Below the pieces are notes generated by a model that saw only the letters and a program-made list of their open reading frames with translations, was not told the origin of the DNA and searched no databases. From NCBI GenBank assembly GCA_035541795.1, contig DATKMR010000001.1:67532-131531 (forward strand): 64,000 nucleotides of DNA, read 5' to 3'. The position numbers and the translations under genes are program-made. This document shows positions 38,075 to 47,563 of the stretch, in pieces. The stretch comes from Bacteroidales bacterium (GTDB lineage Bacteria > Bacteroidota > Bacteroidia > Bacteroidales > VadinHA17). Position 1 is the stretch's first letter. Every line of letters starts with the position of its first letter.

Positions 38075-38129
38075 TTGATGCAGGTATTTTAAGATTTCCT
38101 TTCAAATTTTCCCTTCACACGATTCACCG

Positions 38130-38492
38130 TTATTTGGCCCTGTCGTAATGACAGCACCCTGGAAGCTTTGAATATACATCATCAGGTGCCTTGAACTTTT
38201 TGGTATCGTGCCCTGCTGATGCAACCTTTTTCTGCATGGTTTCAATATTTACTGTTGAAGGGTCGTATGTTACTGTTGCCATTTTTGTTTTTTCATTCCA
38301 TTCTGCCTTCATTACGCCATCCATCTTCAGGGCACTCTCGATCCTCGACTTGCACATATCACAGTTTCCATAGACCTTGAAACTTTCTGTTTTGCTGGCA
38401 GGCTGACCGCCTTTAACAGCTGTCTGGGCACTCAGGGAGGTGGTTACCATTACAACCATCATAAGTGTTAAAAGAGCTTTTAGTGGCTTCAT
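38130..38492 (-). CDS. secreted heavy-metal-associated (HMA) domain protein
   Basis: 120-aa ORF with a signal peptide. CxxC metal site in 'YGNCDMCKSRIESAL' and a C-terminal 'LPGCCHYDR' Cys pair. Confidence 0.75.
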   Translation of the reverse strand: MKPLKALLTLMMVVMVTTSLSAQTAVKGGQPASKTESFKVYGNCDMCKSRIESALKMDGVMKAEWNEKTKMATVTYDPSTVNIETMQKKVASAGHDTKKFKAPDDVYSKLPGCCHYDRAK

Positions 38493-38698
38493 AGCCTTGA
38501 TATTTAAGTTTTATTTTAACAGCACAATTGTCTCACAAATTTAATTTTTAATTCAAAATGATTCACCCGGTTTGCAGATTTGGCCGATATATTATGTTTG
38601 ACAGCACTATTTGAACAAGGCCGGCCGATTCCAGATTTCTATTTTATAACTTTAAGTGTTTATTATTCAATACCACATTAATAACTAACAATAGAAAA

Positions 38699-39628
38699 AT
38701 GAAAACCAGCAGAAGAACATTTCTCAGGTCGGGTGCCATGGCTGTTGCCGGGGCTCTTGTCCTGAAAGACACGCTCCTGGCTCAGTCGGCCGTTAAAAAA
38801 AATCCCGGCGGTATTGTGGGCCTTCAGCTCTATTCGGTACGCGACGATATGAAAAGCGACCCGCTGAGTACTCTGAAACAGTTAAAGGCCATGGGGTACA
38901 TGTATGTTGAACATGCAAACTATGTCGACCGCAAATTCTACGGCTTTGCACCGAAGGAATTCAGGAAAATCCTTGATGACATTGGTCTCCATATGATCAG
39001 CGGTCATACCTCGATGGGCCTGGAGCACTGGGATGATAGCAAAAAAGACTTTACCGACAAATGGAAATGGACCGTTGAAGATGCAGCCATCCTGAACCAG
39101 AAGTATGTAGTAAGTCCCTGGATGGATGAGAAGATGAGGGATACCTACGATAACCTGGTCAAGTACCTCGATGTGTTTAACAGGTGCGGGGAATTATGTA
39201 ACAGGAACGGTATGAAGTTCGGGTATCACAACCACGATTTTGAGTTCAGCAATCAGCTTAACGGGCAGAAGATTTTTGATATCATGATGAAAAACATGGA
39301 TCCTCATAAGGTGGTAATGCAGCTTGACATGGGGAACCTTTACAACGGCGGTGCCATTGCCCTTGATGTCGTTAATAAATATCCCGGCAGGTTTGAGCTG
39401 ATCCATGCAAAGGATGAGATCAAATCGACAGATCCAAAGAGCAAGGAGCCATACGAAAGCTGCGTTCTTGGTGAAGGGATCGTCGGCGCACAGAAGGTGA
39501 TAGATCTTACAACCAGGATAGGCAGCACCAGGGTTTATATTATAGAACAGGAATCGTACCAGCACCGGACCCCGCTTGAATCGGTAAAAGCCGACCTGGA
39601 GGCGATGAAGAAATGGGGATACCTGTAG
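38699..39628 (+). CDS. sugar phosphate isomerase/epimerase (xylose-isomerase-like TIM barrel) with Tat signal
   Basis: 309-aa ORF. 'SRRTFLRSGAMAVAGALVL' is a twin-arginine motif. The TIM-barrel body contains 'FGYHNHDFEF'. Confidence 0.75.
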   Translation: MKTSRRTFLRSGAMAVAGALVLKDTLLAQSAVKKNPGGIVGLQLYSVRDDMKSDPLSTLKQLKAMGYMYVEHANYVDRKFYGFAPKEFRKILDDIGLHMISGHTSMGLEHWDDSKKDFTDKWKWTVEDAAILNQKYVVSPWMDEKMRDTYDNLVKYLDVFNRCGELCNRNGMKFGYHNHDFEFSNQLNGQKIFDIMMKNMDPHKVVMQLDMGNLYNGGAIALDVVNKYPGRFELIHAKDEIKSTDPKSKEPYESCVLGEGIVGAQKVIDLTTRIGSTRVYIIEQESYQHRTPLESVKADLEAMKKWGYL

Positions 39629-39680
39629 GAAGGACCTGTTAAACTTCTGGTTTCCGGCCCGAAACTCTGAACTTGAAACT

Positions 39681-40793
39681 TTATATCTCTTTCTGGTAAA
39701 TCCTGTACCTTCGCAATGGCTTGGCATTAAGCTTGTTGATGGCATTGTTCATCGGGGCATTATCCTCCAGGACGTAATTTATTTCCAGGAAGGTTTCAGG
39801 GGTGTACAGTTCGTTGTAAATTGCCCGGTAAAGGAGGCTGTCCACCCCTTTTCCATGGTACTCTGGTATGACACCGAGTGCAAAAAGCCTGTAGTTTCTG
39901 AGCTTCGGTAAACCCAGCAAAAGCTTTATCCAGCCGAATGGGAGAAGAGATCCTTTCATTCCCCTGATCAGGGTATTTATATCCGGTATCGTTATTGCGA
40001 ACCCGATTGGCCGCCCGTCGCGGTCCTCGGCGAATACAACGCATTTTGGCTGAATTATGGGCTTCAGGTCACGGGCAATTGCCTCGGCTTCCTCCCTTGT
40101 TACGGATGTGTACCCCCAGTTGTCGATAAGGCTGGTATTTGAAAGCTCGATTACTGCAGAGACCTCCCTGTCGTAATTCTTCATGTCAACACGCCTTGTC
40201 TTTATGCCGTATCTTTTCACTACATCATCTGTAAGGGTAAGTATTCTTTCAGGAATCTGATATCCTTCAGATACCGACATATAATAGACAAGAAGATCCT
40301 TGACTTTTACCAACCCGTATGATGTAAGATGTTCAATATAGTAAGGCGGGTTATAAGGTGCCATCACTGTTGGAGAAGGAGTGAATCCTTCGATCACCAG
40401 CCCCCATTCCTGGGAGACAAAGCTCCACGGACCACGCATCTCTTTCATTCCCCTGCTCTTTAACCATTCGCAAGCGGTATCGAGCAGCAGCTTTGAAGCC
40501 CGGATGTCGTCAATGCATTCATAATACCCGAACAGGCCGATCTTTTCTTTCCACGATTCGAGGGCAATAGTATCCGTGAAGGCTGCAATTCTTCCTGCCA
40601 CTCTCTTGTCATCTTCAAGTATGAAAAGGGAATATTCGCAATGATCGAGTGTCGGGTTCCGCTTGCTGTCGAACTGTCCCCTGACCTCTGATTTCAGTGG
40701 AGGGACCCATACAGGATCATTTTTATAGAGGGTATAGGGAAAGTTGATGAACTTCCTCAGCAACGATTTGGATGTGACCTGGGTGATTTTCAT
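39681..40793 (-). CDS. GNAT-like acyltransferase family protein (function unknown)
   Basis: The start is taken at ATG 40793 (MKITQVTSKSLLRKFINFPY...). The track start at 40919 would read through the upstream gene's terminator. The C-terminal 'LGVIPEYHGKGVDSLLY' resembles a GNAT acetyl-CoA site. Confidence 0.6.
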   Translation of the reverse strand: MKITQVTSKSLLRKFINFPYTLYKNDPVWVPPLKSEVRGQFDSKRNPTLDHCEYSLFILEDDKRVAGRIAAFTDTIALESWKEKIGLFGYYECIDDIRASKLLLDTACEWLKSRGMKEMRGPWSFVSQEWGLVIEGFTPSPTVMAPYNPPYYIEHLTSYGLVKVKDLLVYYMSVSEGYQIPERILTLTDDVVKRYGIKTRRVDMKNYDREVSAVIELSNTSLIDNWGYTSVTREEAEAIARDLKPIIQPKCVVFAEDRDGRPIGFAITIPDINTLIRGMKGSLLPFGWIKLLLGLPKLRNYRLFALGVIPEYHGKGVDSLLYRAIYNELYTPETFLEINYVLEDNAPMNNAINKLNAKPLRRYRIYQKEI

Positions 40794-40838
40794 TTCAGGG
40801 TGGTTAGGTAATTCAGATACAATATACTGAATTTTAAT

Positions 40839-40866
40839 AAAAAAAAAGTCCCGCGTGGCGCGGGAC
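40839..40866 (-). terminator. rho-independent terminator of the Spy/CpxP-like gene
   Basis: Minus strand reads GTCCCGCG-CCA-CGCGGGAC followed by nine T residues. Confidence 0.8.
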
Positions 40867-40928
40867 AACCTAACCCTAAAACCTAGAAGTGAATTACTAG
40901 GAGCCGAGGAACGGCTCACTGGAGAGTA

Positions 40929-41462
40929 TCATTGTTTTGCTGAAGGAGGTTGCTGTACGTTTTCTCCCTCAACAAACTTTTTCTGATCATCGGTAAGAAC
41001 ACCCATTATCTTTTTCCTGTGTTCTTCCATCATGCTTTTCATCCTGGCCATGTTTTCTTCCCTGAATTTCTTCATTTCTTCTATCTGCCGGCCCCTCAGA
41101 TCCTCAATCTCTTTCTTCTGCTTATCAGTCAGGTTCGGGATATTATCAAATCTTCCCATGCCCTGCATCATCATCCCACCGGGGCCTTCGTTCATGCCCG
41201 GTCCGAAGCCTGGGCCGAACTGCCTTCCAGGTCCAAAACCCGGAGCCGGTGCCATATGCCATCCCCATCCCGGACCCATTGACCATCCATGTCGCATTCC
41301 GTGCATCATGCCAAACCTCCCCGTCATGGGCGGACCCTGCCGGAACTCCCTGAAATGCAGGCGGTGATGCGAACAGCCGGATGCTGCTATCATTACTACC
41401 AGAAGCACTGCTATTATCCTGACTGACTTTTTCATAAGAGCATTTTTTTTGTTCTTTTTCAC
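40929..41462 (-). CDS. Spy/CpxP-family periplasmic protein with Gly/Met/Pro/His-rich N-terminal region
   Basis: 177-aa ORF with a lipoprotein-like signal ('AASGC'). Two LTxxQ-type motifs ('LTDKQKKEIEDL', 'LTDDQKKFV'). Low-complexity 'GMMHGMRHGWSMGPGWGWHMAPAPGFGPG...GGMMMQGMG'. Confidence 0.7.
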   Translation of the reverse strand: MKKNKKNALMKKSVRIIAVLLVVMIAASGCSHHRLHFREFRQGPPMTGRFGMMHGMRHGWSMGPGWGWHMAPAPGFGPGRQFGPGFGPGMNEGPGGMMMQGMGRFDNIPNLTDKQKKEIEDLRGRQIEEMKKFREENMARMKSMMEEHRKKIMGVLTDDQKKFVEGENVQQPPSAKQ

Positions 41463-41623
41463 AGAATAGACACAACCGGCTATGTTTATATTCCAGGGAT
41501 CTCCAACTTTAACATAACATTAACCTTTAAGCATATGCATATTTTCAGAGAACAAAAATCCGGAATTATGTAAAAAAAAAACTACCTTTTCACCCGTTTT
41601 AACAAATCAAACTAAATATACCC

Positions 41624-43891
41624 ATGAATCGCTTTTTATATGCAACAGTCGTCCTCTGCTTCATTCTTCTATCAGGATGTAAAAAAGAGAACAGGATGGA
41701 TTCTTATATCAGCAACCTGATGAATAAAATGTCGACCGAGGAAAAGATAGGCCAGCTGAATCTTGAAATCTCCGGAGGATATACCACAGGATCGTCTGTA
41801 AACCAGGATGTACAGCAAAAAATAAAAGAGGGGAAAATTGGAAGTGTGCTTAACAGCTTTTCCGTAGCCTCAATGAAAGCGATGCAGGAAATCGCGGTAA
41901 AGGAATCAAAAAACCATATTCCCATTCTTTTCGGGATGGATGTTATTCATGGTTACAGAACGATATTCCCCATACCCCTCGCAATGTCGTGCTCGTGGGA
42001 GCCCGGGATGCTTGAAAAGGCCGCCAGGATCGCAGCAAAGGAAGCTACGACAAGCGGTATAGCATGGACATATTCACCGATGGTGGACATTGCTCGCGAC
42101 CCCAGGTGGGGAAGGATTGCAGAAGGTGCAGGTGAAGATCCATGGCTCGGATCGAGAATGGCTGAAGCAGTGGTGAAAGGCTACCAGGGGGAGGACCTTG
42201 CCGCAAATAACACGATGATGGCATGCGTGAAACATTTTGCCCTCTACGGAGCAGCCGAGGCAGGTCGGGATTACAATACGGTCGAGCTGAGCAGGGTTAC
42301 CATGTATAACTACTACCTGTCGCCCTACAAGGCCGCTGTCGATGCCGGTGCTGGAAGCATAATGTCTTCATTCAATGTTATTGACGCGGTGCCGTCGACG
42401 GGTAACAGATGGCTCCTGACAGACCTCCTCAGGAATCAGTGGGGATTTAAAGGTTTTGTTGTATCGGATTATACCGCTGTCAATGAAATGATTAACCACG
42501 GAATGGGCAACCTCCAGGAAGTATCTGCACTCGCATTGAAAGCAGGACTGGATATGGATATGGTTGGTGAAGGATTTCTGACGACTTTAAAAAAATCGCT
42601 TGATGAAGGCAAGGTGACGTTGGACCAGATAAACACTGCCTGCAGGAGGGTACTGGAAGCAAAATACAAGCTTGGACTTTTCGATGATCCGTTCAGGTAC
42701 TTCAGCGAGGAGAGGGCTGCAAAAGAGATCTCAACTGCCGATGATATAAAAACCGCGAGGGAGATGTGCCTGAAATCGATGGTGCTGCTGAAGAACGACA
42801 AGCAGGTCCTTCCACTGAAAAAATCAGGAACTGTCGCAGTCGTCGGCCCGCTTGCCGACAATAAAGGCGAGATGCTGGGTACATGGACGCTCCTCAACAA
42901 TTTAAGCTCGGTTTCAACAGTCCTCGACGGAATCAGGAATACCGGGGGAAGCGGTGTGAAAACTTTGTATGCACAGGGCTCGGAGTTGACAGATGTTGAA
43001 GGGATGAAGACCCCTTACTATGCACCGTCGGGTATGAAGAAGCCTGAAGTAAAATCACCGGAGGTGTTGATTAATGAAGCTGTCAACGTAGCCAGGAAAG
43101 CCGATGTAGTTGTTGCCGTACTCGGCGAATCTGCAGCATGGTCGGGTGAAGCTTCCTGCAGGGCCGACATCGGGTTGCCCTCATTGCAGGAGAATCTGCT
43201 TAAAGCGCTGGTCGCCACAGGCAAGCCTGTGGTACTCGTTCTGATGAACGGACGACCTTTAACCTTACCGTGGGAAAATGATAATGTTACGGCAATACTC
43301 GAAGGCTGGAATTTAGGCATGGAAGGAGGAAACGCGGTTGCGGATGTACTTTTCGGAAATTATAATCCTTCGGGTAAGCTTACCACAACCTTCCCGAGAA
43401 GCGTCGGGCAGATACCTTTATATTACAATCATCTTAATACTGGTCGTCCGGCAGATCCAAGGAATCATTATACCTCAAAATACCTCGATATTTCCAACGA
43501 CCCTGTCTATCCATTCGGGTATGGTCTCAGTTATACGACGTTTGCCTACGGCGATCCCGTATTGAGCAAGAATGAACTAAGAGGTGAAGAAACCCTTACT
43601 GTCAAAGTTCCCCTTACCAACACGGGAAAAGTTGCAGGCGAGGAGGTTGTTCAGCTGTATATTGCCGATCCTGTGGCTTCAATCTCAAGGCCCGTGAAAG
43701 AACTTAAGAACTTCAGTAAGGTAATGTTACAGCCAGGTGAATCGAAGGATATTAAATTTGATATTACTACTAAAGACCTTAGCTTCTATAACAGCGAATT
43801 GCAGTATGTATGGGAACCTGGTGAGTTTATTATTTACGCGGGAACCAACTCCCGGGATGTGAAGGCTGCAAAGGTAACCTGGAATAAGTAG
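41624..43891 (+). CDS. bglX: glycoside hydrolase family 3 beta-glucosidase
   Basis: 755-aa ORF with a lipobox 'LLSGC'. 'GFKGFVVSDY' nucleophile context and a C-terminal Fn3-like domain. Confidence 0.88.
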   Translation: MNRFLYATVVLCFILLSGCKKENRMDSYISNLMNKMSTEEKIGQLNLEISGGYTTGSSVNQDVQQKIKEGKIGSVLNSFSVASMKAMQEIAVKESKNHIPILFGMDVIHGYRTIFPIPLAMSCSWEPGMLEKAARIAAKEATTSGIAWTYSPMVDIARDPRWGRIAEGAGEDPWLGSRMAEAVVKGYQGEDLAANNTMMACVKHFALYGAAEAGRDYNTVELSRVTMYNYYLSPYKAAVDAGAGSIMSSFNVIDAVPSTGNRWLLTDLLRNQWGFKGFVVSDYTAVNEMINHGMGNLQEVSALALKAGLDMDMVGEGFLTTLKKSLDEGKVTLDQINTACRRVLEAKYKLGLFDDPFRYFSEERAAKEISTADDIKTAREMCLKSMVLLKNDKQVLPLKKSGTVAVVGPLADNKGEMLGTWTLLNNLSSVSTVLDGIRNTGGSGVKTLYAQGSELTDVEGMKTPYYAPSGMKKPEVKSPEVLINEAVNVARKADVVVAVLGESAAWSGEASCRADIGLPSLQENLLKALVATGKPVVLVLMNGRPLTLPWENDNVTAILEGWNLGMEGGNAVADVLFGNYNPSGKLTTTFPRSVGQIPLYYNHLNTGRPADPRNHYTSKYLDISNDPVYPFGYGLSYTTFAYGDPVLSKNELRGEETLTVKVPLTNTGKVAGEEVVQLYIADPVASISRPVKELKNFSKVMLQPGESKDIKFDITTKDLSFYNSELQYVWEPGEFIIYAGTNSRDVKAAKVTWNK

Positions 43892-43911
43892 CTTCCGGGG
43901 ATAGCTTGATT

Positions 43912-44676
43912 TCAGATGGTCCTGAAAAATTCGTTGTGATTTTTCTCCAGCTCTTTCATTGATGGAAAGGGATAATAGGCAATGTTATCCCTCGATCCGA
44001 TGTAGAATCCTGTATCGATTGTCTGGTAATAGAGTTTCCCTGTGTGAAAACGCTGAACTGTCTTCATCTGCTTGTTCTCCTCGTTCCTGATAATATCCAG
44101 ACAATCTCTCAGGTGTGATACTGCCCCGTAAGGAAGGTATTTCTCATCGCCGTAAAATGGATTATCGGCAAGGTCCTCGATCCTCAGCTCTGCAAAAAAC
44201 ATCTTTGGCAGCCTGAGCGGGAGTGTCCCGTCGGTGAGAGTTTTAAGAAACTTGTGCGGAGGCAGGCTGCTTGCCACCTGTGACGAGACAGGGCATAGTT
44301 CCTGGTACAGGTGCATCTCTTTCTTTTTCATCTTCGACTTGTCGTATGTGGCCCGGCCCAGTTTAAGCGTTATTCCCTGGTCGGACGTGAGGTAGAGATC
44401 CCTTATTGCCGACAATGGTATAAACTCGAGGACACGGTATATCGACAGGTAGACAGTGCTTTTGGGTGACCCATCGGCTTTCCCGATGCACCTCTCGCCA
44501 AGATATTCATTGTTAAACATCGACCTTACCTGGTCGTAATCGAGGGTGAAGAAAATAAACTGACTCCTGTTGCATTTCTTTGTTCCTGTGGCCATGTAAA
44601 GGCCAAACTGGGCAGGTGGAAGCATCGAACCAATCAGGGCTTCCGGGGTGATAGATAAATAGACATATCTGCTCAT
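43912..44676 (-). CDS. hypothetical cytoplasmic protein
   Basis: 254-aa ORF with no signal peptide or TM helix and no motif I recognise. A TAACTTTG -7-like box about 68 nt upstream suggests its own promoter. Confidence 0.55.
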   Translation of the reverse strand: MSRYVYLSITPEALIGSMLPPAQFGLYMATGTKKCNRSQFIFFTLDYDQVRSMFNNEYLGERCIGKADGSPKSTVYLSIYRVLEFIPLSAIRDLYLTSDQGITLKLGRATYDKSKMKKKEMHLYQELCPVSSQVASSLPPHKFLKTLTDGTLPLRLPKMFFAELRIEDLADNPFYGDEKYLPYGAVSHLRDCLDIIRNEENKQMKTVQRFHTGKLYYQTIDTGFYIGSRDNIAYYPFPSMKELEKNHNEFFRTI

Positions 44677-44791
44677 TGTAATGGTATTATGTTCTATAAC
44701 ACATTTTAACCACTAATGGTACTTTATAAGACTATGCTCTTTATCAAAGTTAATAACTAGCCGTTTCAAAGTCAAGTGCCGGGCAAAACCG

Positions 44792-47398
44792 TTATTTTTT
44801 ATTCATGACAATCTCTTTTTCCGTTGACTCAACGTTCCATCCCGATATCTTCAGGATGGGATCATCACCATTCAGATCCCTGATAAAGTAAGAGACATTG
44901 ACCTTTCTTTTCTCCCCCGGAAGAAGGGAGAAATAGTTATCATCCCATAATACGGGCCGGACCAGGTCGCGCGACGTTTTACATATCAGCTCAGGGTTGA
45001 CGAAAAATGCAAGGCTCGTTGATTTATTCTCAACCTCCAGGATAAGTGATGCTTTTCCTCCTGTTGAACCGGCCTGTGAAATTGAATAATTCAGCTGAAC
45101 CCGGGGGAGGGTTGCCAGCGTGGTGAAATCCGCCTTATCATCACCCTTATCGGACAGCCAGTAGAAGTTTGAAGAAAGTTCCTTTCCTGCTGCATCTTTA
45201 AGGTCGAGCTTTAGGAAGCTGACACCCGCGAGGTCCTTCGGCCAACCCTCCGGTGTAATCCTCAGGCTCTCATCGGGCTTCAGGTCGGTAGTGATTTCCT
45301 TCGAATATTTAAGGTTCATCCCGATATCAAAAATCTTAATCCCTGCCTTGAGATTTTTAAATTCCCTGTAAAGTCCGTTCACAACCATTACTGAGGCGTT
45401 GTCATAAGGATACTGTATATGGACCGGTTCACAAGCCTTTTTCGTTCCGTAAAATGCACCGTTGGGAGTGAAGAAATAGTCAAACAGCTGCCAGTACATC
45501 TTGGGCCATGCCGAGTTATACATCCAGTAAATTATACCGCTCGATTTATATTTATTACCTGCATAGGCTTCGAACATTCCCCTGGTGGCCTCGTACTGGA
45601 GGATCTGCGATTTGACGATATATTCATCCAGGCTTTTAGGTTCCCCGTACCTTGATTTAAGGGCTTCCCGGGCAAAACCGTAGAATGCTTTGTGAAGCCT
45701 TATTTCCCAAGACTTGCCGATGGGCCAGAGATCTTCGGCAGGCATCATCTTCTTCATGCTTTCCAGCGGAGCTACCTGTTCTCCCCCGGGACCTGCCTCG
45801 GTATTGAACTCCAGCTTTGTGTACCAGTAAGAGGGTGTGTTGTAGGCATACACTTTTGGGTACGGGCCCATCCACAAGCCGGTTCTTCCGGCTACCGCAC
45901 TCGAGTCTTTCGTTGCAGAAGACTGTGAGGGTCTTGTACCATCAAGTTCAGCAAGAACACGCAGGTATATCTTTTCAACATTCTCGGGCGGGAAATTGTC
46001 GCTGCCATAAAGCCAGTCGAAGACAGCAGGATGGTTCCTAAGCCTCGTAATCTGGTCCCTCCAGCTTTGTTCTGCCAGATCTGTTGTATGCTGTGTCCAT
46101 CTGTTCCAGTTCTCCCAGGCACTGCAGCAGCACCATCCTACCATCAGAAGAATACCTTCCTCGTCGCACCTGTCAAAAATATAATCCGAACCTCTTGGCG
46201 CCTCCATCCTTATGGCATTAAGGCCCATATGCTTGGCATACATCAGTTCGGTATTTATCCTTTCGTTGGATGGCCTGAGCATCATATCCTCCACATAACC
46301 TCCCCCTCGTATCACGATATTTTTCCCGTTAACCTGGAAAACCCTGGTGATTTTGCCATCGAAGGAATTCATCCACGAACTTATTTCCCTGATGCCGAAC
46401 CTTACCTTCTTCAAATCAGATACCCTGCCTTTCGATTCAAAGCTGAGATCAAGGTTATACAAATTCTGCGGTCCCATGGTGTAAGGCCACCACAGCCTGG
46501 GGTTGGTCATCTCGAGCTGCCTGAACCTGTCCGGCCCTGCGGTGTAATGTTTAACCTCGTTCGGCCCGAGGGTTACCTTGTCGGAAAAGCTTATATTCTC
46601 GATTGTCCCGGAAATTATGCCGGTAACAGTTTCCTGGGTGTTGTTCCTCAGGTCGGCTGATATCGTGATTTTCGCCTTATCGTTCACCGGCAGGTTCAGT
46701 CGGGTAATGACCTGGGGATTCTCAACTGAAACAGGTCCTGTCTGATGAAGGTACATATCATACCAGATACCCATGCCCCTGTCAGGCGGTGTAGGGTTCC
46801 AGTCAACCCAGGTAATTGTAAGGTCATTGGGTTTCGGGGGGAATATTTCAATTGCCAGGCAGTTCTTTTCACCCGGCCGGGCGGCATCTGAGATGTTAAG
46901 ATCGTAAAGCCTGTATGCCCCTTCAATCGAGGTTGTGTCGGCAATGAGTTTTCCATTGACCCAGATGTTTGCCTTGTAGTTTATGCTGTGAAGCTTAAGC
47001 CAGGTATTTGATCCCTTATATCCAGCAGGAACGGCGAATACCGTCCTGTACCACCACGATACCCTGTAGGGGCTGCCGGCAGGAGTCTCGCTCCTCCTTT
47101 GAGCAAAATATCCGGGGAGTGAAAGAATGTTAGTCCCGAAATACGGGTCGGGATAAACCTTATTGTTTACCAATGCTGCAAGGACCGTTGCAGGCATTGT
47201 TGCACTGTACCATTTCTGTGGTTTCCATTCAGGGAGACTTATAATCTTCCCGTTTTCCCTGATGCTGTCTGATGACTGAATAGCCCAGTTATCCCTGAGG
47301 TAGATATGTTCCTCGTTCTTTGCCTGTCCTTCCACCCTCGCTGAAATGGTTATCAGGATGATGAAGCAGATTAATGATGTTATTTTTCTCATGGCCAT
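44792..47398 (-). CDS. glycoside hydrolase family 2 (exo-beta-D-glucosaminidase / beta-mannosidase-like)
   Basis: 868-aa ORF with a signal peptide. It shows GH2 sugar-binding, Ig-like and TIM-barrel organisation. 'NAIRMEAPRGSDYIFDRCDEEGILLMVGWCCCSAWENW' resembles the CsxA-type catalytic region. Confidence 0.7.
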   Translation of the reverse strand: MAMRKITSLICFIILITISARVEGQAKNEEHIYLRDNWAIQSSDSIRENGKIISLPEWKPQKWYSATMPATVLAALVNNKVYPDPYFGTNILSLPGYFAQRRSETPAGSPYRVSWWYRTVFAVPAGYKGSNTWLKLHSINYKANIWVNGKLIADTTSIEGAYRLYDLNISDAARPGEKNCLAIEIFPPKPNDLTITWVDWNPTPPDRGMGIWYDMYLHQTGPVSVENPQVITRLNLPVNDKAKITISADLRNNTQETVTGIISGTIENISFSDKVTLGPNEVKHYTAGPDRFRQLEMTNPRLWWPYTMGPQNLYNLDLSFESKGRVSDLKKVRFGIREISSWMNSFDGKITRVFQVNGKNIVIRGGGYVEDMMLRPSNERINTELMYAKHMGLNAIRMEAPRGSDYIFDRCDEEGILLMVGWCCCSAWENWNRWTQHTTDLAEQSWRDQITRLRNHPAVFDWLYGSDNFPPENVEKIYLRVLAELDGTRPSQSSATKDSSAVAGRTGLWMGPYPKVYAYNTPSYWYTKLEFNTEAGPGGEQVAPLESMKKMMPAEDLWPIGKSWEIRLHKAFYGFAREALKSRYGEPKSLDEYIVKSQILQYEATRGMFEAYAGNKYKSSGIIYWMYNSAWPKMYWQLFDYFFTPNGAFYGTKKACEPVHIQYPYDNASVMVVNGLYREFKNLKAGIKIFDIGMNLKYSKEITTDLKPDESLRITPEGWPKDLAGVSFLKLDLKDAAGKELSSNFYWLSDKGDDKADFTTLATLPRVQLNYSISQAGSTGGKASLILEVENKSTSLAFFVNPELICKTSRDLVRPVLWDDNYFSLLPGEKRKVNVSYFIRDLNGDDPILKISGWNVESTEKEIVMNKK

Positions 47399-47563
47399 GA
47401 TATTTAATGGTTGTTTTTCCCAGCGAACCGGATAAGTTCAGAAAGAAGTGATCCGCAAGGATAATAAAGTTACAAATAAACCTTAAAACAAGATTGGTCT
47501 TGAATGATACTTTAATTTTAATATCTTAGCCATAATTAATAGTTTTCTAACTGCCGTAACCTT

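Noticed and set aside
40794-40919. N-terminal extensions of track ORFs: GNAT-like to 40919, rplM to 12087, OMPs to 50023 and 51875, hflX from 57603, GH30 from 35631.
   Set aside because: Each extension either runs through an upstream terminator or promoter, or precedes an obvious signal peptide or conserved N-terminus at an internal ATG/GTG. Shorter starts were adopted.
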